Assembly (NCBI GenBank): GCA_012295275.1
Contig: CM022670.1
Coordinates: 29,450,001 to 29,514,000 of the forward strand
Source of the DNA: Chrysomallon squamiferum
Lineage: Eukaryota; Animalia; Mollusca
DNA length: 64,000 nt
Direction of reading: 5' to 3'
A model generated the notes under the pieces. The model saw only the letters and a program-made list of their open reading frames with translations. It ran no database searches and was not told where the DNA came from. The position numbers and the translations under genes are program-made. How positions within the stretch are numbered: position 1 is the stretch's first letter; each line of letters begins with the position of its first letter. Positions 37,201 through 51,994 of this stretch are shown here, in pieces.

Positions 37201-40200
37201 CTGTTTATAGGTTTCATCCTCCGGACAGAGAAGAAAAAAAAAGAAAGAATGAAAGAAAAAAAGATAAATTAAAAAAATCTATTTTTATTTATGTAAATAT
37301 AATGCAAATAAAAAGTTAATTTTAGTCAAGTGTGTAATTTATAACAAAGTATTTTTTATTTGTTACAGTAATGTTACGGGGACTCTGCAGTAACAAGTTT
37401 AAAGGTTTTCTCGTGGAAGCTAAGCCCGCCGATCCACTGCAAAATACAAATGACAGAATTGGAACGTTCAATGAAATTCCAGAGACTAGATATGCGTGTG
37501 GTCACGTGCGTATTTTCCTTTTTTTTAACGTATATATTTATTTATTTTATTAATGTTATTTATATCATACTAAATTTTATAAACTCGGCACTAGAGCCAT
37601 GGTCTGAATTATCATACGTTGATCTTCTGTGGCATCATCTTTGGTCTACTTTCCAATACAAGCCAGTTAATCTAATTTAGGCAGTGTTACAGTTAATTAT
37701 GTTTCTACGACTGTGCAAAGGAAGATAACAGAAGGAGCCATTGCTACTGGTTGAAACAATTGGATTCAATTCTGATGGCAGTCGGTTTCAATCCTGAAGG
37801 CAGAAAAATGGTTATATGAAATTATTACGGATGCTTCAAAACCGATAATATTAATCCACAGTAAATAATATTAATATATTTGAAATGGTTGTTAATAATC
37901 ATTTCATTACAATAATCATCGAGTGATTAATATGCTTCCAGGAAACAGGACTGACACATCTGAAGAACCACTCGAAGACGTCCATTCTGCTGACCTGGAC
38001 AGCCCCAGCTAAACCTTCTGGTCACGTTGTTATAGTGTAATTTTATTTTCATTACAGAAATATGTTCATTTATATAAATGATGTATGAGCATCAGCTCAT
38101 GTAAACAGTAACCCATCTTTTTGTTATATAATAGATATGCATAGATTCCTTATATTAAAGATATATTTATAATCATAAGACGGTTATCATTTTATTAAAT
38201 GTTCAAAATAATCTAAGAACAACGAAGCACTGTCGCCACAGCTGTGAAGAAAATGCTAAAATTAACTGCTGATTTAATATTTAAATAATATTAATATATG
38301 CTAAGAGCCCTAATTATTTTAAAATAACAACATCATTGTCATACATGAAATAATTACAAAAAAAAAATGAAGAAGGAAACAATTTTAAAATGTTATTTAT
38401 CATTTACATATTTCATAGCAGGAGCTTTTTTCAAATAAAATGACAAGATGATAAATTATTGATTGATATTTTGCTTTTAAGTACAGCTGTTACAGGAATG
38501 TTAAAATATTCTTTTACATTTTCTTATTTTATTTGTCAGAGCTACTTTCGTGAAAGGTTTCAGCACATTCTGGACAGCGGTCAGTTCTATTGCCATCACT
38601 GACCCGCAAGCCCCACCTTTGCGAATAAAAACATCGCTAATGACACCGTACATTAAACCATGCGCCGAAGATTTACCTCAGACTACAACATCACCTCCGC
38701 CAGCAAGATCCACACAGTTCAAAACAACGTTAAAGTCTGCACCAACATCAACCTCAACGACTACTTTATGGACAACTTCCAAATGGAAGCTGACGACAAC
38801 AACGAAACGTCCAATGAGACATTCCGAGAACTTGACAGTATCAGCTGTATCAACAACAACCACACCCCCATCTCACCCACCTTTTACTGTGATACACGTA
38901 ACAACGCCAAAACCTGTAAGCAGCTAAACAATATCTGTTGTCATTTATTTATTTATTTACATGACATAAATTAGCCAAATTATATTTTTGTGCTGGGGTG
39001 TTAAATAAAGAAAATTATTTATTTACTTAATATTACTGACGTACTAGTAGTAGCAGTAGTAGTTGAATCGATTCTTTTTATAAAGAAAAAAAAACTTCAC
39101 TGATTTGCTCGTATTTGTTCTTTTTGTTTATTTCTGTTCTCTTTTCCTTTTTTCTTTCTTCTCTTCATTTTATTTTTATATTTTTTTAAATTATGACTCA
39201 CGACTGGAATATATGTGTCGTTTATTTCTACATATAATTCGACCATTTTCGTTCTTATTATTCTTGGTTTCGTAGATTGCTACATTCAGTCCTGAACCTA
39301 ACTGTGGTCTTACCCACGGATGCTTCGTGGACTGTCAGAAAGAAAACTGTAAATTCGAGATTGCGTGGAAGGACGTGGGAGACAGGGTGTGGTTCCGTGT
39401 CAGAGCAGTCGCCATTTCTGACGTCCCCCATCAGTGGATCGCTGTAGGGTTTTCCACCGACACTAAAATGGTGAATGTCCTGATTATTCTGCACTAAGTG
39501 TTTTTTCATTTGTAAATAAATAAAGAAACACATAAAGAAACACACAAACATACGAATACATACACAAACAAACAAGAAAGAATTATGAATTTTATTAGTC
39601 AGAAATCATTACTGAGAATAAAGTTGGATACGTTATTTTAAACGTTTTTCTGTTTCTAATGTGCGAAGTAATTTGTATTAACTCAGTGAATGACCAAACG
39701 TGTGATCACCTTGTACACCTCTCTACATGAATCATTTTTAATTATGAAAGGCATTTATGATTTCAGATTAAATTATTTTTATATCTTGTTCAGGTCCCAA
39801 TACAGCTGGTTTTGTTACTTATTTACAAACTAATGTGGAATTATTTTGCTATTTGTGCAGGGTGACGACAGCGTTGTGGAATGTGTACATACAGACAACC
39901 GAATGATGACAATCAACGTTTCCTACAACAATCACAGGAAGAATACTAGATTTCAAACGGTTTTCAGATTACAGTATATATATTTAACACATGAAACACA
40001 AAAACATAAAAATTAAATACAGTTTATTCAATATGATTACTGGGTTTTTGCCCGTTTCTTTCAGAATATTGGTTACGTTTATTGCTATTGTTGCTTTCTG
40101 GTATTGTATAATATATATTAAAAGATAAATAGTTCGTTCTTAAAAATCTATTAATTTTAATTTTTCTTAACCATAATTTTTGTTTTACCTGGCTTGTTTG

Positions 40201-43200
40201 ACAATGTTTTTGGACACATGTTGGATATAATAGAATGTCTTTAATGTAATTAAAATAAGTTTAACAAAGCTAATCGTTTTTAATTTTTACAGAACATTCC
40301 TGTTGTCGACTTAATATCTGGATCTGTGACAAATGGTTTCATTCAGTGCGAGTTTACACGTCTGAAGAAACTGGAAAGTGAAAACAGAGTGTTTAATTTA
40401 AACAGTGACTTTTACTTGCTGATTGCACAAGGTGTGTCCGATGACCAAGGTTTGTAGTCTTTTCCTTTCAAAATCCCTTCATTCATTCATTTATTCTTTC
40501 GTTCGTTCGTTCATTCATTCAATCCTTTCATTCTTTCTTATTTATATAATTTATCTTTTTTTGTATTTTTTGTTTGTTTGTTAATTCATTATTTTTCTTG
40601 TTTCTGATGCTGTTGTTGCTGTTGTTAATCCTCTTGATGTCTTCTTATTATTGGTATTATTGCTGTACATACTAATATTATTTCAATATTTTAATATGTA
40701 AATATATATTTCAGATTTCTCGTATAACAAAGAAACAATATTATCATGTTCTTAAATTCCTTTCTTAAGAATTTTGTTCTTTGACACTCAGGTTTATTAA
40801 GGCAACACACTGGTGTACCGACAATCTCTGGAACGAAAGCAAACTTAAAAGCTTCAGTAATTCTGAAACCAAATAACTTGGGAAAATTATTCATAAAAAT
40901 ACACGGTATGTTAAAATTAACTGGAAAATTTCCCACTAGATATATTAAACAATATTAAAAAGAACAAACATCAGCCATTACTAGATGAATGGCGGCTGAC
41001 ATATATGATAAAGTTTAATATCCTAGATCCACTGACCTTTGGTTATTCACAAACACAAAGAAAATATTTTTAAAATAATACTTACCAATCAGTCAGAAAT
41101 TCATATATTTTGTTTTTCAAATTTCTGAAATGTACAGAATATATGTGATCAATAAAATTAATTAAATACAAAATCATAATTATATATATCGTGAAAGAAA
41201 CACACAAAATTTTCTCTATGGCATATTACATATTGACTTTCTAACAAATAATGATTATTCAAACTTCTTTGTTACTGTACTATATCAGGGTTTTTTAACG
41301 TAAACTGAAAAAAGACATGCTGCTTAATGAATTGATCACACACAAAAACACACGCACACACAGACAAACACACATATTTATGAAGATGGATGTATGAAAG
41401 AAGTTTGTTTTGTTTCAGCTGCCGCGATGACCTTTGCCTGGATGTTCTGTGCTAGTATTGGTATTGTTGTATCAAGATTTTATAAACCACTTTGGCCACA
41501 GAAGAAAGTTTGTGGTAGAAAAGTCTGGTTCACGGTAAGGCAAGACGAATGATTTATTTAGTACATAATTAAAATAAATAACACCAGCACCACCAACAAC
41601 AAAATCTTTAAAAATAAGTCGACGAAGCAGATACAAATAAAATAATCTAACCTTTAATGGTACATTTTTGTTTTCATAGCATCAATATTGTTTTGTTCTT
41701 CTTGTTCTTGTTCTTGTTCGTCTTCTTGTTCTTCTTGTTTTTGTTCTTTTTCTTCTTTTTCTCACTATTATTAGTATTAGTAGTTGTAGTAATAGTAACG
41801 GTAGTAGTAGTAGTAGTAGTAGTAGAGTAGTAGTAGTATTACTTATTGTAATTTTTATAGTGATTTATTTTATAGATTCATCGTTCACTGATGTTGTTTC
41901 TCGGTGTAATTGTGTCCGCTGCTTTCGTTATTATATTTTTGGAAGTTCAGGGACTAAGTGATGTAAGTTTACACAGATACAAATTTTATATATCTTTAAA
42001 CATTAGTAAATTCAAAATGGTTAATTGCTATTATTATACTCGAGTGATCTAACTGTAGAACAGATAAACAAAACTGAAATGATATTCGACTGATTGCAGG
42101 GACAAATTTTCCCAAAACGTGCGCTCAGCTCTTTAACTTAGAAAAATATAAAATTTGTATGTATTTGTGAGTACGGGCGTGCGTGCGTGTGTGTTATATG
42201 ATTAAGTTTATAAAATATAATGTCTTAATGATCTTAATAAGTAGGTCAGATATTTACTCAAATGTTATTTGTTTTCAGATAAATTTTGTAAAATTCCAAA
42301 ACATGCATCCCGTTCTCGGCATGATCGTAATGGGACTGACTGTTGTTCAGGTAAATATGTTTGAAACATTTCCACGTAAAAGATCAAATCAGTGAGCACA
42401 AGTTTTTAAAAAAGACTGCTATTTAATCTTTAATAACAAAGGACATTTTACTCCAATCTAACAAGAAAATAAATGTTGATCTCTGCTTTTCTTAATCCAT
42501 TAATAAATGTTCACAATGAAACCGGTTATTACCAGTGGTTCTTGGTAAAAATGTATATTCAGTAATTAGCAACACAATACTAATTCATCTACACATTTTA
42601 GGTGTTTGTTTTTATGTATGAAATAACAAAGTTATGCCTATATATCAGTCATTAAGATAGAACAAAAAGATATATTTATTGATTTTAATATGCTACCCAT
42701 CTCATTAATTTGAATAAATATTCTGTAATCCCATTAAAAATGTTTATGAAGCACATGTATAAAATATACTGATTTGTTATTTTTAGATACTTCTTGGTAT
42801 GTGTCGGCCGAATTCGACTTCAAATAAACGACCTGTATTTAACTGGGCTCACTGGGGTATTGGAATTATTCTGCACCTGGTATCAGGTAGGTGATACTGA
42901 AATTGTTTAATGTTTATACAAATTAAGTTTTGCTTAATCGTTGGTCCCAAACAATTCGTTGTATTAGCAATATTTTTAAATCTTGTTTATCCTTAACCGT
43001 ATCAGGTAACTGAGACTTCATTTTATAAAATAAAATAAAAGATGATTATGTAGAGAATATTCTGTATTAGTTGTCTCTAAAACTGTTATATACTTTGAAA
43101 GTTTCTCACATTACTTCTATAACATAAGAAGGAAAGATGATTTTAAACGTTTCATTACACTGGCACGGAGAAATTATCATAGTAGCTGCGGTGAAATAGA

Positions 43201-44377
43201 ACATACTTTTCTTTATCTTCAGTGTTTGTCTTGTATATTATGAGAGTAACTGCTACATATTCATGCCATTATTTAACTTACTTATTTGTGAATATCAAAT
43301 AACATAATATTAATGTATATATTATTACAGTTGTAAATATTATTTTGGGTGTGCGGCTGGAGAAAGCGATGATACAACAATATGTTTCATACATATTGTA
43401 TAGTTTCGTCGCTTATCAGTTCTTCATTGTTGTCATACTGGAAATCTTAGTCTGCAGCTCTAAAGTTAAAGGTAACAATAGCTAATGTATCTATTTTTAT
43501 GTGTATTTTACAGTATCATTGCAGAAGGACACACCAATCAATATTTTAAATATTGCAGATAAATAATATACTCGTGTTTATGTACCTTTTAATGGCTGTA
43601 AGTGAGAGATGCGTGCGCGAGTGCGTACTTCCGTGTAATATATATGTGTGACTTATGTTTTTAAAAGCCATGTAGTCTGTATAAGTAAGAACATGAAAAA
43701 AAGGAAGAAGAAGAGAAATAGGAGGGAAGCTAGCTTTTTATTATTCTTAGAAGTAGTAGTGTTATTATTGTTATTATTTTATATAGCTAACTGGGAAGAG
43801 ACTTCACTATGGAAAGTTATGCATCAGGTAGGGGCGATAAATCTTGTCTACAATACTACACGACAAATCGTGGCGCAGAAAATCAATCTTGCATAATTTC
43901 TCATCATATTGGTGACAACTCGTGACCTAAGGCCTTTTTTCATTTGTATAGCGATTAAATTTTATTATTAACGGGAGAAAATTAAAAAAAATGAATATAA
44001 ATATTTATTATAAATATTTCCCTTTTTAATACTAACCATATAATAACATTAAGAATTAACGTAATAATGAATATTGTCTGTGAATTCTATATTTAAGAGA
44101 GACACCAGCCGCTGTATCCAATGTATGCAACTCATAAACTCAGAACTTCGAGCACCAAAACGGGAGACGATGATGAACCACCAGTGAGTTAACACAGTTT
44201 TAATTATCTTCATACTAAATACTAAGTTAATAACTCTTTACAATAGCTTCAACTTTCAAAAATTAATGTCAAACCATTGTATTATTTATTTTCATTTCCT
44301 TTATGTATGTGTGTTTGTACATATATATTTGTTTTATTTTATATAATTTAATTTAATTTAATTTAATATATATGGTT

Positions 44378-44414
<37 letters not shown>

Positions 44415-44852
44415 TATTATTACAATCGCCATTACTTCTGGAACGACAACAACAGTCACTGATAGTATGATGTTCTGTTACTATCATCGTTACTAATGTC
44501 ATTTATTATTATTATTATTGTTATTGTTATTGTTATTATTGTTATTGTTATTATTATTTAAATTATGTAATCATGTTAATTATTACGGGAATAACTGAAA
44601 TGACATAACATATATTTAGGGTTGAAATAACCATACTAACTGAATTAACTGTTTTGCACATCGTGTAATTATTACTGCACAGTTTTAAACCTGAAGTCAA
44701 GTCGTTTCCATATTTAATACACGAGATATTTTAAACTTTTATATTTTTTTTCTTCATAGGGCAGCCTCGCTCGTCGTATTATTCTTAGAATACACGTTGT
44801 CATGGTGACAGCATTCACAGCATCAGTAGTCATGATAATTGTAATTAGCTGA
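36869..44852 (+). CDS. FRRS1/SDR2-like ferric-chelate reductase B. Exons 36869-37076, 37369-37505, 37942-38036, 38540-38915, 39276-39470, 39861-39959, 40293-40449, 40792-40905, 41419-41534, 41876-41962, 42279-42350, 42787-42886, 43331-43471, 44098-44183, 44760-44852
   Basis: In-frame GT-AG splicing gives a signal peptide, Reeler (YSTGAPDTAC, FKGFLV), Thr-rich linker, DOMON (WIAVGFSTDTKM|GDDSVVEC) and cytochrome b561 (KIHA, IHRS, MHPVLG, FNWAHW). Confidence 0.93.
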
Positions 44853-45108
44853 TAATAATTTGCAAGACAAAGATTACGGACGAGCAATGCTCACAGAAGC
44901 CGTTACCTGAGATGACCATTTTTAACTGCTAGAGGTCTGTGAGAAAAATAAGAAACCTATTGTAATTAGATGTAGTTGCGACAGTTCTGAGAACGTGAAC
45001 AGTAGTGAAAGTACATTTATTTGTGTTTTTAATTTAAAAATAAAAAAAACAGATGTTGTTGTTGATTTTTCTTTATTTTACAGTGTATTTATTTACATTT
45101 TTCGTAAA

Positions 45109-45163
<55 letters not shown>

Positions 45164-48029
45164 GTGGTAGTAGTAGTAGAAGTGTTTCGAATTCCGGGGA
45201 TTTAGGAGTATAATAGGATCTAAATCTATAATAAAATTTCCATTTATATTTCATATACCTCTTGTAGAAATAGTCAGCAGCAATTTTTATGTATTATTTT
45301 TTTAATAATTTTGTTTGTAAAATAACGTTTGTATATGAGAACACTATTTCTGCTTCTCGAATAAGGGATGCTCATCCTTCAATACTACACGACAGAAGTA
45401 CTAGTAGTAGTAGTAGTAGTCGTCGTAGTCATGATGTTATTACTACTACTACAACTATCATTACATCTTACTGAAGTCTCTCTCTCTCTCTCTCTCTGTC
45501 TGTCTGTCTGTTGTGTTGTTTCCTACTAAAACTGTTTTTGCAATAATATATAATTTACTCTAATCTTTAACAATGTACTACATGGTTATATGCATATAGA
45601 AAAGATTCAGAAACTGTTTTATTGTATTAACTTTTCAAAATATCTATATCGATTTGTTGTTGTTTATGTATTTGTTTTTGTGATTATTACTTATTTGTGT
45701 TTTTATGTTTATTTATATAATAATTACTGACACCTAATAAAAATGAAAAAGGGAATACTTTAGTGAAAAATGTAAATAATAATTTTGAAAATATTCACTC
45801 AGTATCGTGTGTCAGACTGAATAAATTATCAGTGTGTCAGAAAGCTGTTTTTTGTTTTATGTTTGTAAATGAAAAGTATTGACATTTTATATCTTTTAAT
45901 GCTTTATTGCATTCATATTAAAAATGCTTAAGAAATAAAATGAAAGAGGCAGGAGAGAAAGAATTGAAAGCTGAAAGATAAAAAGCAACACATATAAAAA
46001 GCAACACATAAAACACATATAAAACAAAATATATATAAAACACATATAAAACCACCAGTAAAAACTGAAATTAAATAAATAACTTTCTGTGAATATCTTA
46101 CAGCAATCTTGGTTATCTATATGTTACAGGTATTATGTTTTATCAGGAAAAAAACGATAATTCCTGGAAATATCTGAAAGTATTGGTAATCACTGAACTG
46201 AAAGTAATGTGGCCAGATTTGGTGATGGACCACAGAGTCAAAGTTCCGAAGAAAGAGAAAACTGCGAGATTAAGAACATGTTTGTTTATGCTTAGGAGAT
46301 CACAGTATAGCTGAATGGATTTGTTGATTTCACAGCTGAATCAAATGTTCCCGATTCTAGCCTCTCTCGTAAAATTCTCCTCTGATTCTAGTCAGAGGAT
46401 GAGGTACTTTTAAATAATTCCTGATAATACATATTGCCTGAAGATTAGTAAGTATGTTTATAAACATAAAAACAACAAAAATCAACAGAAATGAAACGTA
46501 TATATATATATTTTATTTATACAAGGATACATATAATATTCTAGCTTATATATTAGCATGCTGATGTACATGTTTATGAGAGTAGCACAGGTAAATGATA
46601 TATAAAAACTATATAGAAATACAGTTTATAATTGCAAATACAATTACCATACAAACGTTAACACGTAAGCATTGATATTAAAGATTAAAAATTAAAATGG
46701 TAATAAACACAATATTATTTACTTACATCACAAAATTTTATTCGTTATTATTATTACAATAATAATGTTTTGTTTGGTTTTACAGTTGTTTAATGTACTA
46801 ACAGATTATGAAAACTAACTGAAAGTAAGTACAATTTTCATGCCAATATATAACTATATATATTCATAAACGAAAAAAAACGAAAAAAACCCAAACAATA
46901 TGCACCATGAATCCGGTACAATAAAAGATATCACTAAATTTTATATATACATATACATATAAAAGGAATTCGTTAAGGAAGCAATAACTCTTTGTTTTAT
47001 TCACGTCACAATTAGTCCTCAGAGTTGTGGAAACTGAATTTCACTAGTTCACCCCACTGTGTATAAATTATCTGGATGTCAGTAACTACTGTAGGTGAGT
47101 ATTATTTGAAGACCCATTAACCATTAAAAAAATAATAATAATTAAAAAATTAAAAAATGATGAAGTATTTAAGGTGATAACATTTAAATGACTTGCTTTA
47201 ACATTTAAAATGTAAAAATATTGATACTTCAGCAAAATTGTAAAAAAGTATGACTATAAATTGTTGAAAACGTTTTGAGTTTTGCTGTAATACTTCTCTG
47301 AAATTAACCTTCTTTTTTGACAAAAAATTCTCACTTTAGATATTTGTTTTAGAATCCGCAAACAATATGATATATTGTGTCTACCAAAAGTTTTGTAAAA
47401 TGATATAACTGAAAATGGGAACTGTGGCGGAAAAACCCAATTTTATGAAAAATGAAAAAAAACAACAAAAAAACGTGATATATGGAAAAAAGAGAGTCGT
47501 GGATAAAACTTAAAGACAAACATTTTCTTATTTAAAATTAAATAACAAACGTACCATAGTAAAATGATAAATTGTGCCTAAGCCTGGTGAATAATCCCTA
47601 GGAAAGAAAGCTTTTAATATTCTTACAAACATAGGGGAAACATGAAAGGGCCAATACCAGCATATTAGGCAATAAGACATTTGTACCAAATGAAATGATT
47701 TTTTAAATAATAACCTACTAAATATTATACAGCTGCAGTGTCCAGAAAATTACTATCCATAATGGTGACATTTTAAAACAACCCTCCACACACCACAAAA
47801 ACAAATGATCATCAGTTTTAGAAATGATTATAGATTAAAATTCTGATTATAAATATGCTTATATATTCTTTCTTTGGTTTTCACAATTGCATTCTTTTGG
47901 TGTTAGTAATGTGATATGGTTAAGAGGAGGTAGATTGAAAAAAAATATATTAAAAATAAATTTATTTTACAATGTACATTAAACATGCAATATTGTAAAT
48001 ATAATAATAATAATAATAATAACAATAAC

Positions 48030-48085
<56 letters not shown>

Positions 48086-48545
48086 TAATAATAATAATAA
48101 TAAATATAAAATTAAAAATAAAATCACTGGTCTGAACATTATAATGCTATACTGATACAAAGTTTTACAGACTGACATATAAATATACTGACCAAAAATC
48201 TTCAGGATTATATTTATTCAAAAATGACAATATTTATTTTTAAAAAAACCTAATTGATGCGCAAAATGTAGTAATTTTATAGCACAAAAACACGTTGCCA
48301 TACAAATATTCCATGTTTTTTTTTTTTGTTCAATATATATATCAACAAACTACATAATCTATAATTTGTCAGCTGAATATTTAACGCATAATTTGTCAGT
48401 AAAACGTCTAATCCATAATATGTCACTTGAATATGTAATTCATAAAGTGCCAGTAGTTTAATCATCTCATCATCATTAATCATCAGCTGACTGATGTAAT
48501 AAGTAGCAAAGTGAATTCATTTTTGTTTATTTTCTGACACTTCTA

Positions 48546-51500
48546 TCAGCTGACAGCGATAATGGCCACCACTGATCCAGTGAAAGCAGTCACCACTAAA
48601 ACATGGATGCGTAGGATAACTCGACGTACAAAACTGCCCTGTAAATAATAATAATGATAATAATAATAATAATAACAACAACAACAACAACACACAACTT
48701 AATATTAGCGTCAAAGAAAATATAATAAATAACGTTAATAATAATGCGAAGCGTGCCTTGTATGTTTTTAAAAAATGTGAATAACGTGTTAATTAACGAA
48801 GAAAACTCATTTCACTGACAGTAAATGATGGCGCTGATGTCAAAATATGTCATCATTGCAACACGTGATTTCCTAGACAGAAATAGCTAATGTAATAAAT
48901 CAAATACTCATATTTGCTAAATTCTCAAGATGTGAAAAACAGACTGACTTTTTAAAAAGAATGTCACGAGAAAAAAAAGTAAAGGAAACAGAAAAAGAAA
49001 GAATGAAAGAAAGAAAGAAAAAAGAAAGACAAGAATAAGAAAAAGAAAAAGAATCAAAGAAAAGAAAAAGGACTGCATTTGACACTAAAGAGTCTGTATT
49101 AGTCGTATATTTTTATGTATACAGAATGTATAGAAATATATTTTAGTTTTGTAAATGATTACTGAAGTAAGTAAACTTACTGGTGGTTCTTCAGAGTTGT
49201 CATCTCCGTCCTTTGTACTTGAGTACGTCGTGTTTCTTGTCGCGTAAATTGAGTATGTCTGTTGTTTTCGTTCTGAGAGAATTGTTAAAAACAAAACATC
49301 AAATAAGTTAATTTTAAGTATCGAATTATAAGAAAAGACGAAAACAAATAAAATAAAATAAAACAAAACAAACAAACAAACAAGCAAACACATAAAGAAA
49401 GAAAGAAAGAAAGACAATAAAAAATGTTTAAATGCAATTAACTTTTACAGACAAAGTAATGTAGTCTATATATGCGATATTCTAATAAAGTAACAAAAAT
49501 AAAATAGAGGTAGATCATAATTACCTTTGATTCTAGAGTTGCAAGCCACCACTTCCAGAACTAACACAATAAACACTTGGTACACAGCGAAGCAATACAA
49601 GACGTAGGCGACATACTCATGTACTCGAGCTTTCTTCAAGTTCACACCCAGGATAATGTTCCCAACTTAAATAAAACTCATTGTCTTAATAAACGTATAT
49701 TTATTTATGCAAATTTAAGCTTTAAGGTAAGGAATGGTTCAGCTTTTCTTAGGTTATAAATTTTTCAAAACATAATACGTAGATCTCTTGTTCAGGGAAA
49801 CCTTACATAAATTAAAACCTACTTATGTCGGGGCATACCCTACACACTACTAGTGTGTCTTCATAACAATATTAATTGTTTAATAAGAATAAATAAATAA
49901 TAAGAACAGGAGAGAATCGCTATGTAAGAAGGATTAAGGTCGGAGAAGTATTTATTCTATATTAATTTGAGTAAGTAATAAATATACGTACCAGCCAGAA
50001 TGTGTGAAATGATACCGACACACCAGTGTGCCCAGTTAAACACAGGTCGGTTCTTTGATGTCGATGTTGGTCTACACAGACCCAGTAATACCTAGATAGG
50101 ACAAAACATTGAAAACCGTGTTAACAAAACTAGTCATTATAACTATAATGTATATGCTGGGTCTCGTTTGCTAGGGCGTTAAACGATGTTTATCGAGATA
50201 AAACTACGGCTCAGCAATATAATAATTATCATATGTCTTCTCTATAGTTTCGTTAACCTGCTAACGACATCCAATAATAATAATAATATTAAGAAGAAGA
50301 AGAAGAATGTTCGTGCTGATAGAACACTTGAACATACACTAGACACATTTTAAAAGTTAAAACAGAAAATTACCTGTATTGTGGTAAGACCCATTATTAT
50401 TATGCCAAGGATCGGATGCATATTACGAAAGTCCACGAAACTTATCTGTAAAACAGAAAACCATTTTATTACATTTCAGATAAATGGATAGATGGAAAAA
50501 AGGCAGTTGTAATTAGAAAGACATAAAATAGATAGACTGAACTGAAAATCAATAACAATAAAAAATAATAATAATAATAAAAAATGCAATGTTCAAAGCA
50601 TATAAGCAACTTTGTTTGTGTATATGTAACTGGAAATATTCATCATATTACTTACATCACTCATTCCTTGAACTTCGACAAATATTAAAATAAAGGCTCC
50701 AGTAACAAGAAACCCTAGGAATAACATAAGCAGACGATGTATCTGCAAAAAATAAAATAACAAATATATTTTACCATTAACATCCTCGGTAAATTGTTTT
50801 ATGTTAAACAAGATTTAAAGCTACTAAACTATACTTTATTAATAATATTACAGGTTAACAATATGATCATATTTTAAAAAATGCCATCTTAGAATTGTTG
50901 GTTAAAATATTTAATTTATAAAAAGCGACGTATGCTCCATTGTTGATTAACATAAAGCAGTGTACCGTGAACCAAGCCTTTCTTCCACAAAATCGCTTCT
51001 GAGGCCATAGAGGTTTGTAAAATCGTGAAACCACGATACCAATGCTGGCACAAAACATCCATGCAAAAGTCATCACACAAGCTGCAATAAAAATAACGAC
51101 CAATGACAACCATCGTTACTAATTTACTTATTAATATTATGGTTATTCGTAGTACGTGCTTGTGTCGTTATTATTTCATCAAGAGAATTCTTTGTCATTG
51201 AATCTTTTACAGAACATATTGTGTCTTTGGAGGAAGTAGATCCAGCATTTTAGAAGAACAAACGTAAAAGGCGAAATTAAACTTACAAGATGCAAATAAC
51301 ACAAGATGGCAAAGAATAACGAATGAACGTTATTCTAAAAATATACACGTATCAGGTTTTACACAATACGCTTATAAGTATGACATTCAAAAGAACGAAC
51401 CATGTATCTTTATAAAGAGCTGATCCATGAAATCTGGTGATACCACTTCCAGTGATTTGAAATTTACCATCTTTTCTGAAACTGTTGGTAATCTGATATG

Positions 51501-51942
51501 TTTCTCCATGAAACCTAAATAAAAATGATTATATCAGTTTTCAGTCATACTGGTTATACAGAAAGAAATTTGTTTCATTTTTTAACCTTATAAAAATAAA
51601 ATAAAGAAAATAAAAAATCATTTGCAATGTCTGTATTTATTTTATTCTCATAAACTACTTTTAAAGTCTAGTGCATGTGTGTGTTTACGTTTATATGTAT
51701 GTGTTTTTATCTAACATGTACTTTATGTTCATACTAACATGACAGATTTAGCAAAGTATGATTTACCTCTATTATTAGACAGTCCTTGTGCTAGCAAAAT
51801 ATAATAATTGTTGTTTAAGTCAAACACTTTGCTTTCACCATCCAGCTTTTTCAAACGAGTAAATTCACATTGAATGAAACCATTATTCAGTGAATCATAG
51901 GCCAAATTAGCAACAGGAATAGTCTGAAATTATATTTACAGA

Positions 51943-51994
<52 letters not shown>

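Noticed and set aside
46080-47760. Mixed-composition stretch between genes B and C with a small hairpin (TCCTCTGA...TCAGAGGA)
   Set aside because: No sustained ORF, recognisable motif or TIR pair; possibly old repeat debris.
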